Below are positions 36,327 to 46,124 of a stretch of DNA of 64,000 bases, piece by piece (the stretch's first letter is position 1; each line of letters opens with the position of its first letter). The notes under the pieces are model-generated. The model was not told the DNA's origin. It made no database searches and was given only the letters and a program-made list of their open reading frames with translations. This DNA is from Trueperaceae bacterium (GTDB lineage: Bacteria; Deinococcota; Deinococci; Deinococcales; Trueperaceae). The translations under genes were made by a program, and so were the position numbers. The stretch is from the NCBI GenBank assembly GCA_034520945.1, contig JAXHNB010000005.1, positions 640,001 through 704,000 on the forward strand, given 5' to 3'.

Positions 36327-36539
36327 CCCCGCGAATGCGGGCGTCCCTCCGGGCGAAGCGAACGGATAGAGGGTCCATTCGCAACCAAATCGGCGGGGCG
36401 AGATTCCACGTCGTGAAAGAGTCGCGCGATGCGCGGAGAAGATCATAGAAACGTCCGGGCTGAATCCGAACGCCGAGAGTGTACCCCAGATCCGCCGCCG
36501 ATGCGACCCGCCGACCCGGGGCGCGCTCCGGCACGCGCC

Positions 36540-37751
36540 TCAGCGCCGCTTGCGCGGATCGAGAGCGTCGCGAAGACCGTCCCCGACGAGGTTCCAACAC
36601 AGCACCGCCAGGAAGATCGGAACGCCGGGGATCAGCAACCACGGCACGAACTGGATCGAGATGCCCCGGTCGGTGGCGTCGCGCAGCAGCAACCCCCAAC
36701 TGGCGGTATCCACCGCGCTGGGTCCGAGGCCCAAAAACGACAGGCCGGTCTCGGTCAATATGAAGCCGGGAATGGCCAGGGTCAGGTCGACGATGACGTA
36801 GCTGGCGGTGGCGGGCAGCAGGTGACGCCACAAGATGCGTCCCTCGCCGGCGCCCAGGGCTTTCGCGGCCTGCGCGTACTCCATCTCGCGGATGGAGAGG
36901 ACCAGGCTGCGGACCGTGCGGCCCAGCCCGCCCCAGCCGACGAAGCCCAGCACCATCACCACCATCAGGAACGTCTGCGCCGAGTTCATCTCCAGCCCGA
37001 AGGCGCGGGCCAACGGGTTGCGGGGATCCTGCAGCAGGCTGGCCAGCACGATCAGCAGGAACAGGCCGGGGATGGCCGAGAGCACCTCGATCAGGCGCAT
37101 CACGAACTCGTCGACCCAACCGCCGTAATAGCCGGCCAGCCCGCCGAGCAGCAGCCCCAGGAACAGCGACACCCACACCGCCAGCACGCCGATGGTCAGG
37201 CTGATCTGCCCCCCATACAGCACGCGGGAGAACACGTCCTTGCCCAGGCTGTTGGTGCCCCACAGGAAGATGCGTGCCGGGTCGTCGACGCCGAACAGGT
37301 GCAGGTCGCTCTCGAACAGCCCCAGCACGCTGTAGGTGGCCTCCGGACGCCGCACCAAGAGCTTGATCGGGAAGCGCTCGGAGGTGTCCTCCTCGTACAC
37401 CCGCTGAAACGTCACCGGGTCGCGGGAGGATTCCACGTCGTACACGTACGGGCGGGTGAGGCTGCCGGTCTCGGGGTCGGTCCAGTGGATCTGCGTGGGC
37501 GGCCGGAAGGCGCCGGAGGGGCGGGTGCGGTACTCGTTGATGCCGTACGGCGCCAGGAAACCCGCGAAGGCGCTGACCAGGTACATCACCACCAGGATGC
37601 CGCCGCCGATCAGGGCGGCGTTGTGGCGCTTGAACTGCTCCCACGCGATGCGGCGTTGGCTCTTCGATGCGCGGCCCTGCACGGGATCGGCCGCGGCGAC
37701 GTAGTCAGCGGGCGCGGCCTCGTCGGGACCCTGGGGACGGAACTCGCTCAT
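36540..37751 (-). CDS. oppC: Oligopeptide ABC permease (OppC)
   Basis: WGTNSLGKDVFSR, RHLLP, GLSFLGLG, GDGLRDALDPR. Confidence 0.92.
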   Translation of the reverse strand: MSEFRPQGPDEAAPADYVAAADPVQGRASKSQRRIAWEQFKRHNAALIGGGILVVMYLVSAFAGFLAPYGINEYRTRPSGAFRPPTQIHWTDPETGSLTRPYVYDVESSRDPVTFQRVYEEDTSERFPIKLLVRRPEATYSVLGLFESDLHLFGVDDPARIFLWGTNSLGKDVFSRVLYGGQISLTIGVLAVWVSLFLGLLLGGLAGYYGGWVDEFVMRLIEVLSAIPGLFLLIVLASLLQDPRNPLARAFGLEMNSAQTFLMVVMVLGFVGWGGLGRTVRSLVLSIREMEYAQAAKALGAGEGRILWRHLLPATASYVIVDLTLAIPGFILTETGLSFLGLGPSAVDTASWGLLLRDATDRGISIQFVPWLLIPGVPIFLAVLCWNLVGDGLRDALDPRKRR

Positions 37752-37761
37752 GGCAGGCGCC

Positions 37762-38763
37762 TCAGTTGTAGCGGATCCGCGGATCCACCACGGCCAGCAA
37801 CAGGTCGGAGATCAGATTGCCGATCATGAGCAGCACGGTGGTGACCACCACCAGCCCCAACACCACGTAGATGTCCTGCCGGTTGATGGCGTCCAGCAAG
37901 GTGGGGGTGATGCCCGGCCAGGACACCACGATTTCGACCAGGCCGGCCCCGCCGATCAGGATCGGCAGGATCGCGCCGATGCCGGCGATGAACGGGATCA
38001 CGGCGGGGCGCAGGGCGTGCTTGTAGGTGACCGTGCGTTGACCCAGGCCCTTGGCCCAGGCGGTACGGATGAAGTCGCTGGACAGGTACTCGATCATCTG
38101 GGCGCGCAGGACCCGCGTGAAGCCGGCGATGCCGGCGGTGGCGATCACGAAGGCCGGCATGAGGGCGTGCCTGAACACGTCCCACCATTGCCGGTACCAG
38201 GGCCAGTCGCTGAAGCCGCTGCTGGTCATCTGGGCGACGGGCAGCAGCAGCTGGTTGAACCCGATCGTCTCGCGGGTCCAGCCGCGCAGGACGAACAACA
38301 TCAAAATCAGTACCTGCGCGAAGAAGAAGTTCGGGATCGCCAGTCCGAAGTAGCTCACCGCCGACACGATCTGGTCGCCGGCCGAGTACTGCCGCACTGC
38401 GGAGTACACACCGAGCGGGATGGCCGCGCCGTACAGCATGATCAGCGACATGATCACCAGCACCATCGAGTTCAGGATCGGCTGCGTGATCAGGTTGCGC
38501 ACCGGTTGGTTGCTGCTGAACGACATGCCGAGGTCGCCCTGCACCAGGCTGCCCATCCAGCGGACGTACTGCACCGGCCAGGGCAGGTCGAGCCCGAACT
38601 GCGTGCGCATGCGCTCGATCGTTTCCGGTCGCACGTTGGGTTCCAGCGCACGCTGCGTCAGGAAGTCGCCGGGGACCAACTGCGACACCACGAACGCCAG
38701 CAGCGTCGCGCCGATGAAGGTCGGGATCAGGTTGAAGAGACGGCGAACGATGAACGCGAACAA
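37762..38763 (-). CDS. oppB: Oligopeptide ABC permease (OppB)
   Basis: TTG start after GGGAGG; GDLGMSF, DFIRTAWAKG, DPRIRY. Confidence 0.92.
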   Translation of the reverse strand: MFAFIVRRLFNLIPTFIGATLLAFVVSQLVPGDFLTQRALEPNVRPETIERMRTQFGLDLPWPVQYVRWMGSLVQGDLGMSFSSNQPVRNLITQPILNSMVLVIMSLIMLYGAAIPLGVYSAVRQYSAGDQIVSAVSYFGLAIPNFFFAQVLILMLFVLRGWTRETIGFNQLLLPVAQMTSSGFSDWPWYRQWWDVFRHALMPAFVIATAGIAGFTRVLRAQMIEYLSSDFIRTAWAKGLGQRTVTYKHALRPAVIPFIAGIGAILPILIGGAGLVEIVVSWPGITPTLLDAINRQDIYVVLGLVVVTTVLLMIGNLISDLLLAVVDPRIRYN

Positions 38764-38809
38764 TGCACGCGCCTCCCGCGTGGATACGCGTCCCGCTGAG
38801 GGACGCCAC

Positions 38810-38845
38810 AAGATAAAAGACCGGGGCGGACCGCGTCCGCCCCGG
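38810..38845 (-). terminator. Intrinsic terminator between oppA and oppB
   Basis: Stem CCGGGGCGGAC/GTCCGCCCCGG followed by TCTTTTATCTT on minus strand. Confidence 0.8.
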
Positions 38846-38853
38846 AACTGGGC

Positions 38854-40599
38854 TTACTGGACCTTGAAGGTCAGGGGAAGCTCGCGGGAGCCCACCGCGT
38901 CGTCGATGAGGTCGTGCGGATGTTCGCCGCCCACCTCGGACAGCCAGCTGTAGTGCGACAGCGGGCTGACGGTGTACACCTGCGCCTGCAGCTCGGCCAG
39001 GGTCTCCTGGATCTGGAAGCCGATCTGCCGCGCTTCCTCCGTGTCGAGGGTGCGGCGGCCCTCGAAGTACAGCTCTTCGGCCAGCGTCTCGCGGCTGCTC
39101 AGGCAGTCGCCCGATTGGTTCCAGGCGTGCAGGTTGGTACCGCAGGGGATCACGTTCACGCCGAACGGCCACACCCGGTTGCCGCCCTGCAGCCCGATCA
39201 GGATCGCCTCGAACGGCCGGTCGTCGCCGGTGGACAGCAGCTGGTCGACCAGCAGGTTGAAGTCCACCGCCTGCACGTCGACCTCGACCCCGATCTCGCG
39301 GGCGGTGTCCGCGAAGATCTGCGCGATCTGCTCGCGCTCGGCGTTGCCGGCGTTGGTGGCCAACGTGAACGAAAGTTCGTTTCCGTCGGCGTCCACCAGC
39401 ACGCCGTCGTCGTTGGTGCGGGTGAAGCCGATCTGGTCCAGGAGCTCCGTCGCGCGCTCGGGGTCGTAGCGGTACTTGGGCACGTCCGGATTCACCCAGA
39501 AGTCGTACACCTGGTACACGTTGGACCACATCGGCGAGGCCGAACCGCCGTACACCAGGTCGGTCAGCGCTTCACGGTCCACCAGGTGGCTCATCGCACG
39601 GCGAAAGTTCACGTTCTGGAACAGCGACTCCTTGAACGGGTCGCTGGCGATGTTCCAGTTGAACACGATGAACTGGCTTGACGCCGTCGGCGCCACGTTC
39701 GGCAGCAGTTCGGCGTCGATGTCGCCGTTGTTGATCGCTTGGTTGACCACGCCGACCTGGTCCAGGTTCTGCGGGCTGTAGGCGTCGATCTCGCCGGCGA
39801 GGTACAGGTTGAGCGCGGCGTCGGTCGACTCTACGATCTGCACCACGTAGCGGTCCAGGTAGGGAAGCGCGTTGCCCTGCGCGTCGGTGTTCCACTCGCC
39901 GAAATGCTCGTTGCGCTCGAACCGGATGCGCTGGCCCGGCGTGAACTCCGTCGGCACGAACGGGGTCGCCCACACCGTCTCGGAGATGTCGGTCTCGGTG
40001 CCCCACGCTTCGCGCAGCGCCTCGGCGCCGCCCTCGCGATAGATCTCGCCCAGGATGTGGTCGGGGGCCGGTGCGATCGCCAGCACCGGCAACGCCGTGC
40101 GGTCGGGCGAGGGGAAGTCGAAGCGCAGCGTGTATTCATCGACCAGCGTGCCCTCGATCAGCTCGTCCTGAATGAACCAGCTGTCGTAGCCGTTGGATCC
40201 CACGTCCTCGTCGGTCTCGGCCAGGTAGGTGAAGTAGAAGTCCTGCGCGGTGATGTCCTCGCCGTCGGACCACTTCATGCCTTCGCGCACGTGGATGGTG
40301 ACGGTGGTGCCATCGTCGCTGACTTCGAAGCTCTCGGCCATGTACGGGATGAACTCGTCCGAGTCGGGGCCCTGCGTGATCAACGTCGTAAGATTGGCTG
40401 CGTCCACGACGTCGTTCTCTTCCGCGCTCACGAACGGGTTGAAGGTGCGGGGGTCCGAGATGGCGTAATCACGGAACGTGCCGCCATGGGCGGCTTCGCC
40501 GGGCTCGGCCGACGTCCAGGCGTTCGGCCACACGAACGGGTCCGCCAGCGCGAACGAGGCGATCGCCAGGGCGGCGAGGGGGAGCAGGAATCTACGCAT
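38854..40599 (-). CDS. oppA: Oligopeptide ABC substrate-binding protein (OppA-like)
   Basis: Signal peptide; DPRTFNP, REGMKWSDGEDITAQD, FRRAMSHLVDR. Confidence 0.9.
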   Translation of the reverse strand: MRRFLLPLAALAIASFALADPFVWPNAWTSAEPGEAAHGGTFRDYAISDPRTFNPFVSAEENDVVDAANLTTLITQGPDSDEFIPYMAESFEVSDDGTTVTIHVREGMKWSDGEDITAQDFYFTYLAETDEDVGSNGYDSWFIQDELIEGTLVDEYTLRFDFPSPDRTALPVLAIAPAPDHILGEIYREGGAEALREAWGTETDISETVWATPFVPTEFTPGQRIRFERNEHFGEWNTDAQGNALPYLDRYVVQIVESTDAALNLYLAGEIDAYSPQNLDQVGVVNQAINNGDIDAELLPNVAPTASSQFIVFNWNIASDPFKESLFQNVNFRRAMSHLVDREALTDLVYGGSASPMWSNVYQVYDFWVNPDVPKYRYDPERATELLDQIGFTRTNDDGVLVDADGNELSFTLATNAGNAEREQIAQIFADTAREIGVEVDVQAVDFNLLVDQLLSTGDDRPFEAILIGLQGGNRVWPFGVNVIPCGTNLHAWNQSGDCLSSRETLAEELYFEGRRTLDTEEARQIGFQIQETLAELQAQVYTVSPLSHYSWLSEVGGEHPHDLIDDAVGSRELPLTFKVQ

Positions 40600-40822
40600 G
40601 GTACCTCCATTTGGAACGTGCCCGTCCGGGTTGGCCCGGGAGCCGGACGCTTAGGGTGTGGGCGGGACGGGTCGTGGGTGACAAGCCTACCGTGGCCTGG
40701 GCCGGGTCACAAGGGCGCCGGGCCGAGGTCGCACGGCGGTCGGCTGTCGATGCGGTCCCAACGTCGCCGGCCGGTCGCGTGCGGGCGACCGGCCGGCTCG
40801 AGGTGCTGCGCGTGGCGGGGCG

Positions 40823-41056
40823 TCAGCGCGAAATGAGCTGCAGCATCAGCGCCAGCAGGCCCCAGGCGACGGCGATGCCGATGGTGAGGCGCTGCAGGCC
40901 GCCGGCGGTGCCGCCGGAGGTCCCGAAGTCGCCGCCCCCGCCGGTGTCGCCGGTAAGCCCGCCGCCGAGCCCCGACTGCTTGGGTTCCTGCAGCAGCACC
41001 ACGGTGGTGAGCAACACGGATGCCAGGACGAACAGGATGAGCGCGATCCAGAACAA
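40823..41056 (-). CDS. secG: Preprotein translocase subunit SecG
   Basis: VLLQEPKQSGLGG, LQRLT; two TM helices; GGAGG SD. Confidence 0.9.
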   Translation of the reverse strand: MFWIALILFVLASVLLTTVVLLQEPKQSGLGGGLTGDTGGGGDFGTSGGTAGGLQRLTIGIAVAWGLLALMLQLISR

Positions 41057-41096
41057 GGTTTCCTACCTCCACGGCCTGCGGCCGAAACGTGCGGGG

Positions 41097-41180
41097 TGGT
41101 GCCGGGAGCGGGATTCGAACCCGCACGGGTTGCCCCGGTAGATTTTGAGTCTACTGCGTCTACCGTTCCGCCATCCCGGC
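41097..41180 (-). tRNA. tRNA-Leu(CAA)
   Basis: GCCGGGA/TCCCGGC acceptor stem, encoded CCA, anticodon arm GTAGA-CTCAAAA-TCTAC, variable arm, GGTTCGAATCC. Confidence 0.97.
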
Positions 41181-41195
41181 ACAGATCGACGGCGC

Positions 41196-41224
41196 ATCCT
41201 AGCAACGGACCCACCGGCGGTCAA
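41196..41224 (-). promoter_or_regulatory. Sigma70 promoter of tRNA-Leu/secG
   Basis: TTGACC-17nt-TAGGAT. Confidence 0.8.
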
Positions 41225-41268
41225 CATACCGCGTTGCGGGTGGATCGCGCGTCGGGGAGGTGTCTGAC

Positions 41269-43092
41269 TCAGCGTCCCCGGGCGGCATGAAGCAGCGCCT
41301 CGCCCAAGGCGTACACCTCGCCGCGCGTCAACGGGCCCTCCTGCGGCACGCCGTCCGGCCATGCCCCCGCGGCCGCCAGGTCCGCCGGCGACGCGCCCCC
41401 TGGGCAGGTCGCCGCCGGCAGACGGCAGGCCGCCGCGCGCTGCACGTGCGCGACGTCACGCGCCTGCGCCGGCCCCGTGACCCCGCCGTAGGCGGCGACC
41501 AGGTCCCGCGCCAGGCCGCGTCGGTCCAGGAACCGCGTCGCGACGTTCGCCACCAGGTACAGGTGGCTGAGGGCCGGCACGGACTCGTCCAGGCGGGGCG
41601 CGTTGTCAAAGCCGCCCACCGCCAGCCCGCGCGACAGCATCGTGCGGTAGGCGCCGTAGTGCGCGTGTTCGTGCGGTCCCACCGGCGGGCGCGAGGCGGG
41701 CGCCGGCAGGTACGCGCCGCGCGCCCGCAGGCGCGCCCGCACCTCGCCGACGAAGGCGGCGTCGCCTGCCAGCTCGGCGGCGGGGCGCCCCGTGGCGCCG
41801 GCCAGCGCGGCGGCCACGCCGACCCCTTCCGCCACCGCCATCCCTTGCGGCACCACGCGCGCGCTGGCGTGCGCGATGGGGTCGTAGCCCGCGCTCCGCC
41901 CCACCACCCAGAGGGCGTCCGGCCCCTCGGAAGGGACGGCGACGCAGGCGGGCACGCCGTACATCACGGGCGTGCCGAACACGTAGCCGTCGTCCTGCCG
42001 CGTGAGCGCCTGCACGTCCAGGGGGTAGCCGCCGACCGCGAGGTCCAGCGGCCCCATCACGTTGTCCAGCACGTGGTCCGCGTCCAGCACGCAGGCAGCC
42101 TCGAGGTGCCGCGTCTCGCGCACGTACAGCCGGTCGGCGACGCCGGCCAGGCGGGCGTCCTCGAAGCCGGGCAGGCGCTCCGCCAACCACCCCACGGCGC
42201 GTTCGGCCTCGGCCTCCGCGCGCGCCCGGGCGTCGCGCCGCGCCTCGGGGTCGAAGGGGTCGACGCCGTGGATCAGCAGCGCGTTGGCCCACACGCCGCC
42301 GGCGTCGTCCCGTCCCAGGTTGAGGCCGCGCAGGCGCACGTCCGGGTCCTGCGCCGGGTAGGCCGCGGGCACGCCCCCGAAGTGGCCCCAGGCGACCCGG
42401 TCGTCCACGCTGGCCCACGACCGGCCGCGCTGCTCGGCGGCACGCCGCAGGGCGGACCAGTCGATCCCCTCCATGCGAAACATCAACGTGTCGGCCATGC
42501 GGAGGTCCACGTGGAACGACCGCCATCCGACGCTGGCGGCCGCCCCGGCGGCGTGGGCGTAGCGCATGTCGGCATGACCGTCGACGATCTGCGCGGCCCG
42601 CAGCTTGCCCCCGCGCCACGTCACGCCCCGCGCGACGCCGTCCGAGGCGGTGATGCGCAGCGCCCGCAGGCCGGTTCGCACCTCCACCCCGGCGGCCGCC
42701 AGCATGGCCTCGAACGCCCGTTCCGCCCGAACCGGGTCGAACGCCCCCTCCCCGCCCACGCGCGCCCACCAGCGCGCGAAGATGCCCTCCTGGTAGTTGC
42801 GGGGCGAGGTGCGCACGTCCAACACGTTCATGGCGCCCAGCACGAACAGGCCGCCGAGGCGATCATTCTCCGTTGCCAACACGGTACGCGCTCCCGTCTC
42901 GGCCGCCGCGATCGCCGCGGCGATCGCCTCGGGCTCCGCGCCCAGGACCAGCACGTCGGCCCGCGTGGCCGTCGGCGCGGCCGATTGCGCCGTCGCGTCC
43001 GCGAGCGCGCCCCAGGCGACCGCGCAGACGACGGCCAAGAGGAGCGCCCGCGCGCCCCGACCGACGACGCGGGTTGGGGCGGCGCCCCTCAC
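41269..43092 (-). CDS. Exported FAD-dependent oxidoreductase (FAD_oxidored-like)
   Basis: Signal-peptide-like N-terminus; DVLVLGAEPEAIAAAIAAA, LYVRETRH, GGYPLD, VVGRSA, SARVVP. Confidence 0.82.
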   Translation of the reverse strand: MRGAAPTRVVGRGARALLLAVVCAVAWGALADATAQSAAPTATRADVLVLGAEPEAIAAAIAAAETGARTVLATENDRLGGLFVLGAMNVLDVRTSPRNYQEGIFARWWARVGGEGAFDPVRAERAFEAMLAAAGVEVRTGLRALRITASDGVARGVTWRGGKLRAAQIVDGHADMRYAHAAGAAASVGWRSFHVDLRMADTLMFRMEGIDWSALRRAAEQRGRSWASVDDRVAWGHFGGVPAAYPAQDPDVRLRGLNLGRDDAGGVWANALLIHGVDPFDPEARRDARARAEAEAERAVGWLAERLPGFEDARLAGVADRLYVRETRHLEAACVLDADHVLDNVMGPLDLAVGGYPLDVQALTRQDDGYVFGTPVMYGVPACVAVPSEGPDALWVVGRSAGYDPIAHASARVVPQGMAVAEGVGVAAALAGATGRPAAELAGDAAFVGEVRARLRARGAYLPAPASRPPVGPHEHAHYGAYRTMLSRGLAVGGFDNAPRLDESVPALSHLYLVANVATRFLDRRGLARDLVAAYGGVTGPAQARDVAHVQRAAACRLPAATCPGGASPADLAAAGAWPDGVPQEGPLTRGEVYALGEALLHAARGR

Positions 43093-43610
43093 GCGTCCCC
43101 CAGCATGGCCAGGCAACCGCGCGCCACCTCGGTCGCCACGAAGTACCGCTCGATGCTGGGCTGCAGCCACAGCGCGTGCGCGGCGAAGTCGGTCACCACC
43201 ACCGCCTGCGGGGGCGCCTTCGGGTGACGCAGCGTCGACACGATCTCGGGCGGCAGGAAGTGCGTGTGCACCAACAGATCGGGGGCGTACGCGCGCAGGA
43301 CGCGGGGGAGGTGGTACGACACCAGCCGCGTCAGCTGCGCCCGCAGTCGGCGGATGCGGGTGCGCTGTTCGCTGGGGGCGCGGTCCAGGCGCTTGCCGAG
43401 CCAATCGATCAGGTCGGGCACGGCGCGGACCCGCTCGAAGTAGGTGCGGCGGTAGAGGTGCCGGAACGGGGCGGAGGTGTAGTCCAGCAGGTCCACGTGC
43501 AGGCATGGGTCGCCCCGTTCGCCGAAGGCGGCCTCGAGGGCGTTGCCAGCAGCGACGTGCCCGCCTCCGATCGAGGCGGACAGGATCAGCACCCGGGGAC
43601 GTGACGCCAC
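43089..43610 (-). pseudogene. Truncated/internally deleted UgtP/MGDG-synthase-like GT28 (N-terminal domain only)
   Basis: LSASIGGGH, HTHFLP, VVTDF..HALW, YFVA present; nucleotide-sugar-binding C-domain absent; 173 aa. Confidence 0.65.
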
Positions 43611-43673
43611 GACGCGAAGTGTAGCAGGGTCGTCCCTCATCCCCGCTCACGGGCCGGTGATATCGTCCGAAGC

Positions 43674-44855
43674 GTGATTCACGCGCCTCGCAACTTCATG
43701 GTCGCGACCGTCGTCCTGCTTGCCGTGCTCATCGCTTGCGCGCCCGTAGGCACGCGCGAACTGCACGAGGTGGTCGTTGCGGACCCAGGCGGGGTGACGC
43801 GCATCGGCTACGCCTACGGCAGCGCTGAGGAGCTTCCGCTGCGCGACGCCGAGCACGAGCTCGGCGCCAGCGTCGCAGACGCGGCGGAGGATCGGCCCTG
43901 GGCCGTGGCGAGTGCCCGCCTGGTGGACGGCGAGCCGTTCCTGCGTACCTCGTACGACCGAGAGCTCGCCCCGCCGTTGCAGGTGGCGCGCATCCCCCTC
44001 ACGACCGACCTTCGCGTGCGGACGCACCAGGAGCTGTCGCGCGCGTACTACTTCGACGGCGAGCGGTGGTTCTCGCTGGGCCGCGATCTTCCAGCGGGGC
44101 GCACGCTCACGGTGGCGCCGCGTGCCGCGCCGGGCGCGCTTCGCGGCGCCGGCGACCTGACGCCGGCGGAGGCCGACGCCATGGCGGCGGCCGTCGGCGC
44201 GGAGGGCCGGCCGGCGGCGGTCGGGTTCCTGGCCGACCCCTTCCAGCGCCCGACGGCCGATGGCGCGGGCGAAGGCGGCGACGGTGACGATGCCGGCGCG
44301 GACGACGCGGACGATCCCGTTTTGGCGCCGCGCCCGGCCGACGGACTGGACGAATACCGCTTCACGACCGTGTGGGTGCAGAAGGGGGTGGAGGTCGACG
44401 CCTCGGCGTACACCCCGCCGCCCCGGACGACGGTGCACGAGGTCGTGGCGCGTGGCGACCAGGGCAACGACCCCGGCCGCGACCGCTTCGTGCTGATTCG
44501 TAGCGAGGAACGGCTCCGGTCGTTCTGGAGCGAAGTGCATGCACGCGTGCTCACGCCGCCGGCGCTGCCGGAGGCACGGTTCGGTCGCGAGGCGCTGCTG
44601 GGGGTCCGGCTGGCGCAGCGCCCCAGTGGCGGCCACGGCATCGACATCGAGCGGGTCGAGCGGGACGGGGAAGAGTTGTACGTGGACCTGCGCTTGACCG
44701 AGCCGGCGGAGGACGAGCTGGCGACCACGGTGGTCACCACCCCGTGGGTGCTGGTGCGCGTGCTCGGCGGGGACGCCCGGGTCGCCTGGTTCCGGGACGC
44801 GGCGGACGGCGCTTTGTTCGCCGTGGCGCGCGCCGAGCAGGGCGAGCGACGCTGA
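43674..44855 (+). CDS. Lipoprotein with C-terminal PrcB-like domain
   Basis: Lipobox LIAC; C-terminal QRPSGGHGIDI...VVTTPWVLV. Confidence 0.7.
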   Translation: MIHAPRNFMVATVVLLAVLIACAPVGTRELHEVVVADPGGVTRIGYAYGSAEELPLRDAEHELGASVADAAEDRPWAVASARLVDGEPFLRTSYDRELAPPLQVARIPLTTDLRVRTHQELSRAYYFDGERWFSLGRDLPAGRTLTVAPRAAPGALRGAGDLTPAEADAMAAAVGAEGRPAAVGFLADPFQRPTADGAGEGGDGDDAGADDADDPVLAPRPADGLDEYRFTTVWVQKGVEVDASAYTPPPRTTVHEVVARGDQGNDPGRDRFVLIRSEERLRSFWSEVHARVLTPPALPEARFGREALLGVRLAQRPSGGHGIDIERVERDGEELYVDLRLTEPAEDELATTVVTTPWVLVRVLGGDARVAWFRDAADGALFAVARAEQGERR

Positions 44856-44898
44856 CGGCGAGTGGCGCGCCCGACGCACCCGCCGGCGCGGTTTGCCC

Positions 44899-46047
44899 TC
44901 AGGTCAGGCTGCTGGGGTCGAACAATCGGCGGTACTCGTCCCCCGCGAAGCGGTCGGTGAACCCCGCCAGGTAGTCGGTCACGGCGCGCACCAGCCCGCG
45001 CGCCTCGGCGGCGGCCTGCCACGACGCCGGTAGCATCTCCGGCGTCCGCAGGTAGGCCGCGAAGATCTCGCTCAGGATCCGGTCGGCCTTGCGGTTCATG
45101 CGGATCTGCCGGTGGTGCCGGTACAGGTTGGCGTAGAGGTAGCGCTTGAGCTCCGCCTGGTCGCGCGCCATGTCGCCCGAGGCGCGCGCCAGCGTGACGC
45201 CGGCGGCGCGCACGTCGGCGGCGGTCCCCACCTTCGCGTCCGCCAGCGCGGCGTCGGTCGCGTGCACCACGTCATGAATGCTGCGCCCCAGGAGCTCCCG
45301 GTTCAACAGGTAGCGCTCCCGCTCGGCGGCGCGGTTCGGATCGATGTCGAGCTCGTCCATCAGCCGTGCGATCCACGAGACCTGGGCGATGCCTGGCAGC
45401 GACAGCAGGCCGGCCCGGAGCCCGTCGTCCAGGTCGTGCGCGTTGTAGGTCATCTCGTCGGCCAGGTTGACGACCTGGGCCTCCAGGCTGGGTTTCTTGT
45501 CCGGCTCCCAGTCCGTGTCCGGGAGGTCGTACTCGCTCTCGTGCTTCATGATCCCCTCGAGCGTCTCCCAGGCGAGGTTCAGGCCCTCGAAGGCGTCGTA
45601 GCGCCGCTCCAGTCGGGTCACGATCCGCAGGCTCTGCTTGTTGTGGTCGAACCCGCCGGCCTCCTGCGCCAGGCGGTCCAGCGTTCGCTCGCCGGCATGG
45701 CCGAAGGGAGGGTGCCCCAGGTCGTGCGCCAGGGCGATCGTCTCGGCCAGGTCCTCGTTCAGGCCCAGCGCCCGGCACACCGCCTTCGCGACCTGCGCCA
45801 CCTCGAGGGTGTGCGTCAGGCGCGTCCGGTAATGGTCGCCCTGGTAGTTCACGAACACCTGCGTCTTGTACTCCAACCGCCGGAAGGCCGTGGTGTGGAT
45901 CACGCGATCCCGGTCCTTCTGGAACGCGGTGCGGTACGCGCTTTCGGATTCATCGTGCACGCGGCCCCGCGAGTCGGCTGCGAGGCAGGCGTAGGGCGCG
46001 AGGACGTCGCGTTCGCGGGATTCGAGTCGTGCGCGCGGGAACAACAT
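44899..46047 (-). CDS. dgt: Deoxyguanosinetriphosphate triphosphohydrolase (HD family)
   Basis: FQKDRDR, FRRLEYKTQV, RTRLTHTLEV, AHDLGHPPFGHAGE. Confidence 0.95.
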   Translation of the reverse strand: MLFPRARLESRERDVLAPYACLAADSRGRVHDESESAYRTAFQKDRDRVIHTTAFRRLEYKTQVFVNYQGDHYRTRLTHTLEVAQVAKAVCRALGLNEDLAETIALAHDLGHPPFGHAGERTLDRLAQEAGGFDHNKQSLRIVTRLERRYDAFEGLNLAWETLEGIMKHESEYDLPDTDWEPDKKPSLEAQVVNLADEMTYNAHDLDDGLRAGLLSLPGIAQVSWIARLMDELDIDPNRAAERERYLLNRELLGRSIHDVVHATDAALADAKVGTAADVRAAGVTLARASGDMARDQAELKRYLYANLYRHHRQIRMNRKADRILSEIFAAYLRTPEMLPASWQAAAEARGLVRAVTDYLAGFTDRFAGDEYRRLFDPSSLT

Positions 46048-46124
46048 GGTGCGGCGAGCCTACCGCGGGGGTGCTAGCATGCGCCGCGCCGCCCCGACCG
46101 GGGCGCGGCGCGAGGAGGAGCGCG

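Noticed and set aside
41097..41180. tRNA-Leu as an integration site
   Set aside because: No integrase or duplicated tRNA 3' end seen; secG follows directly.
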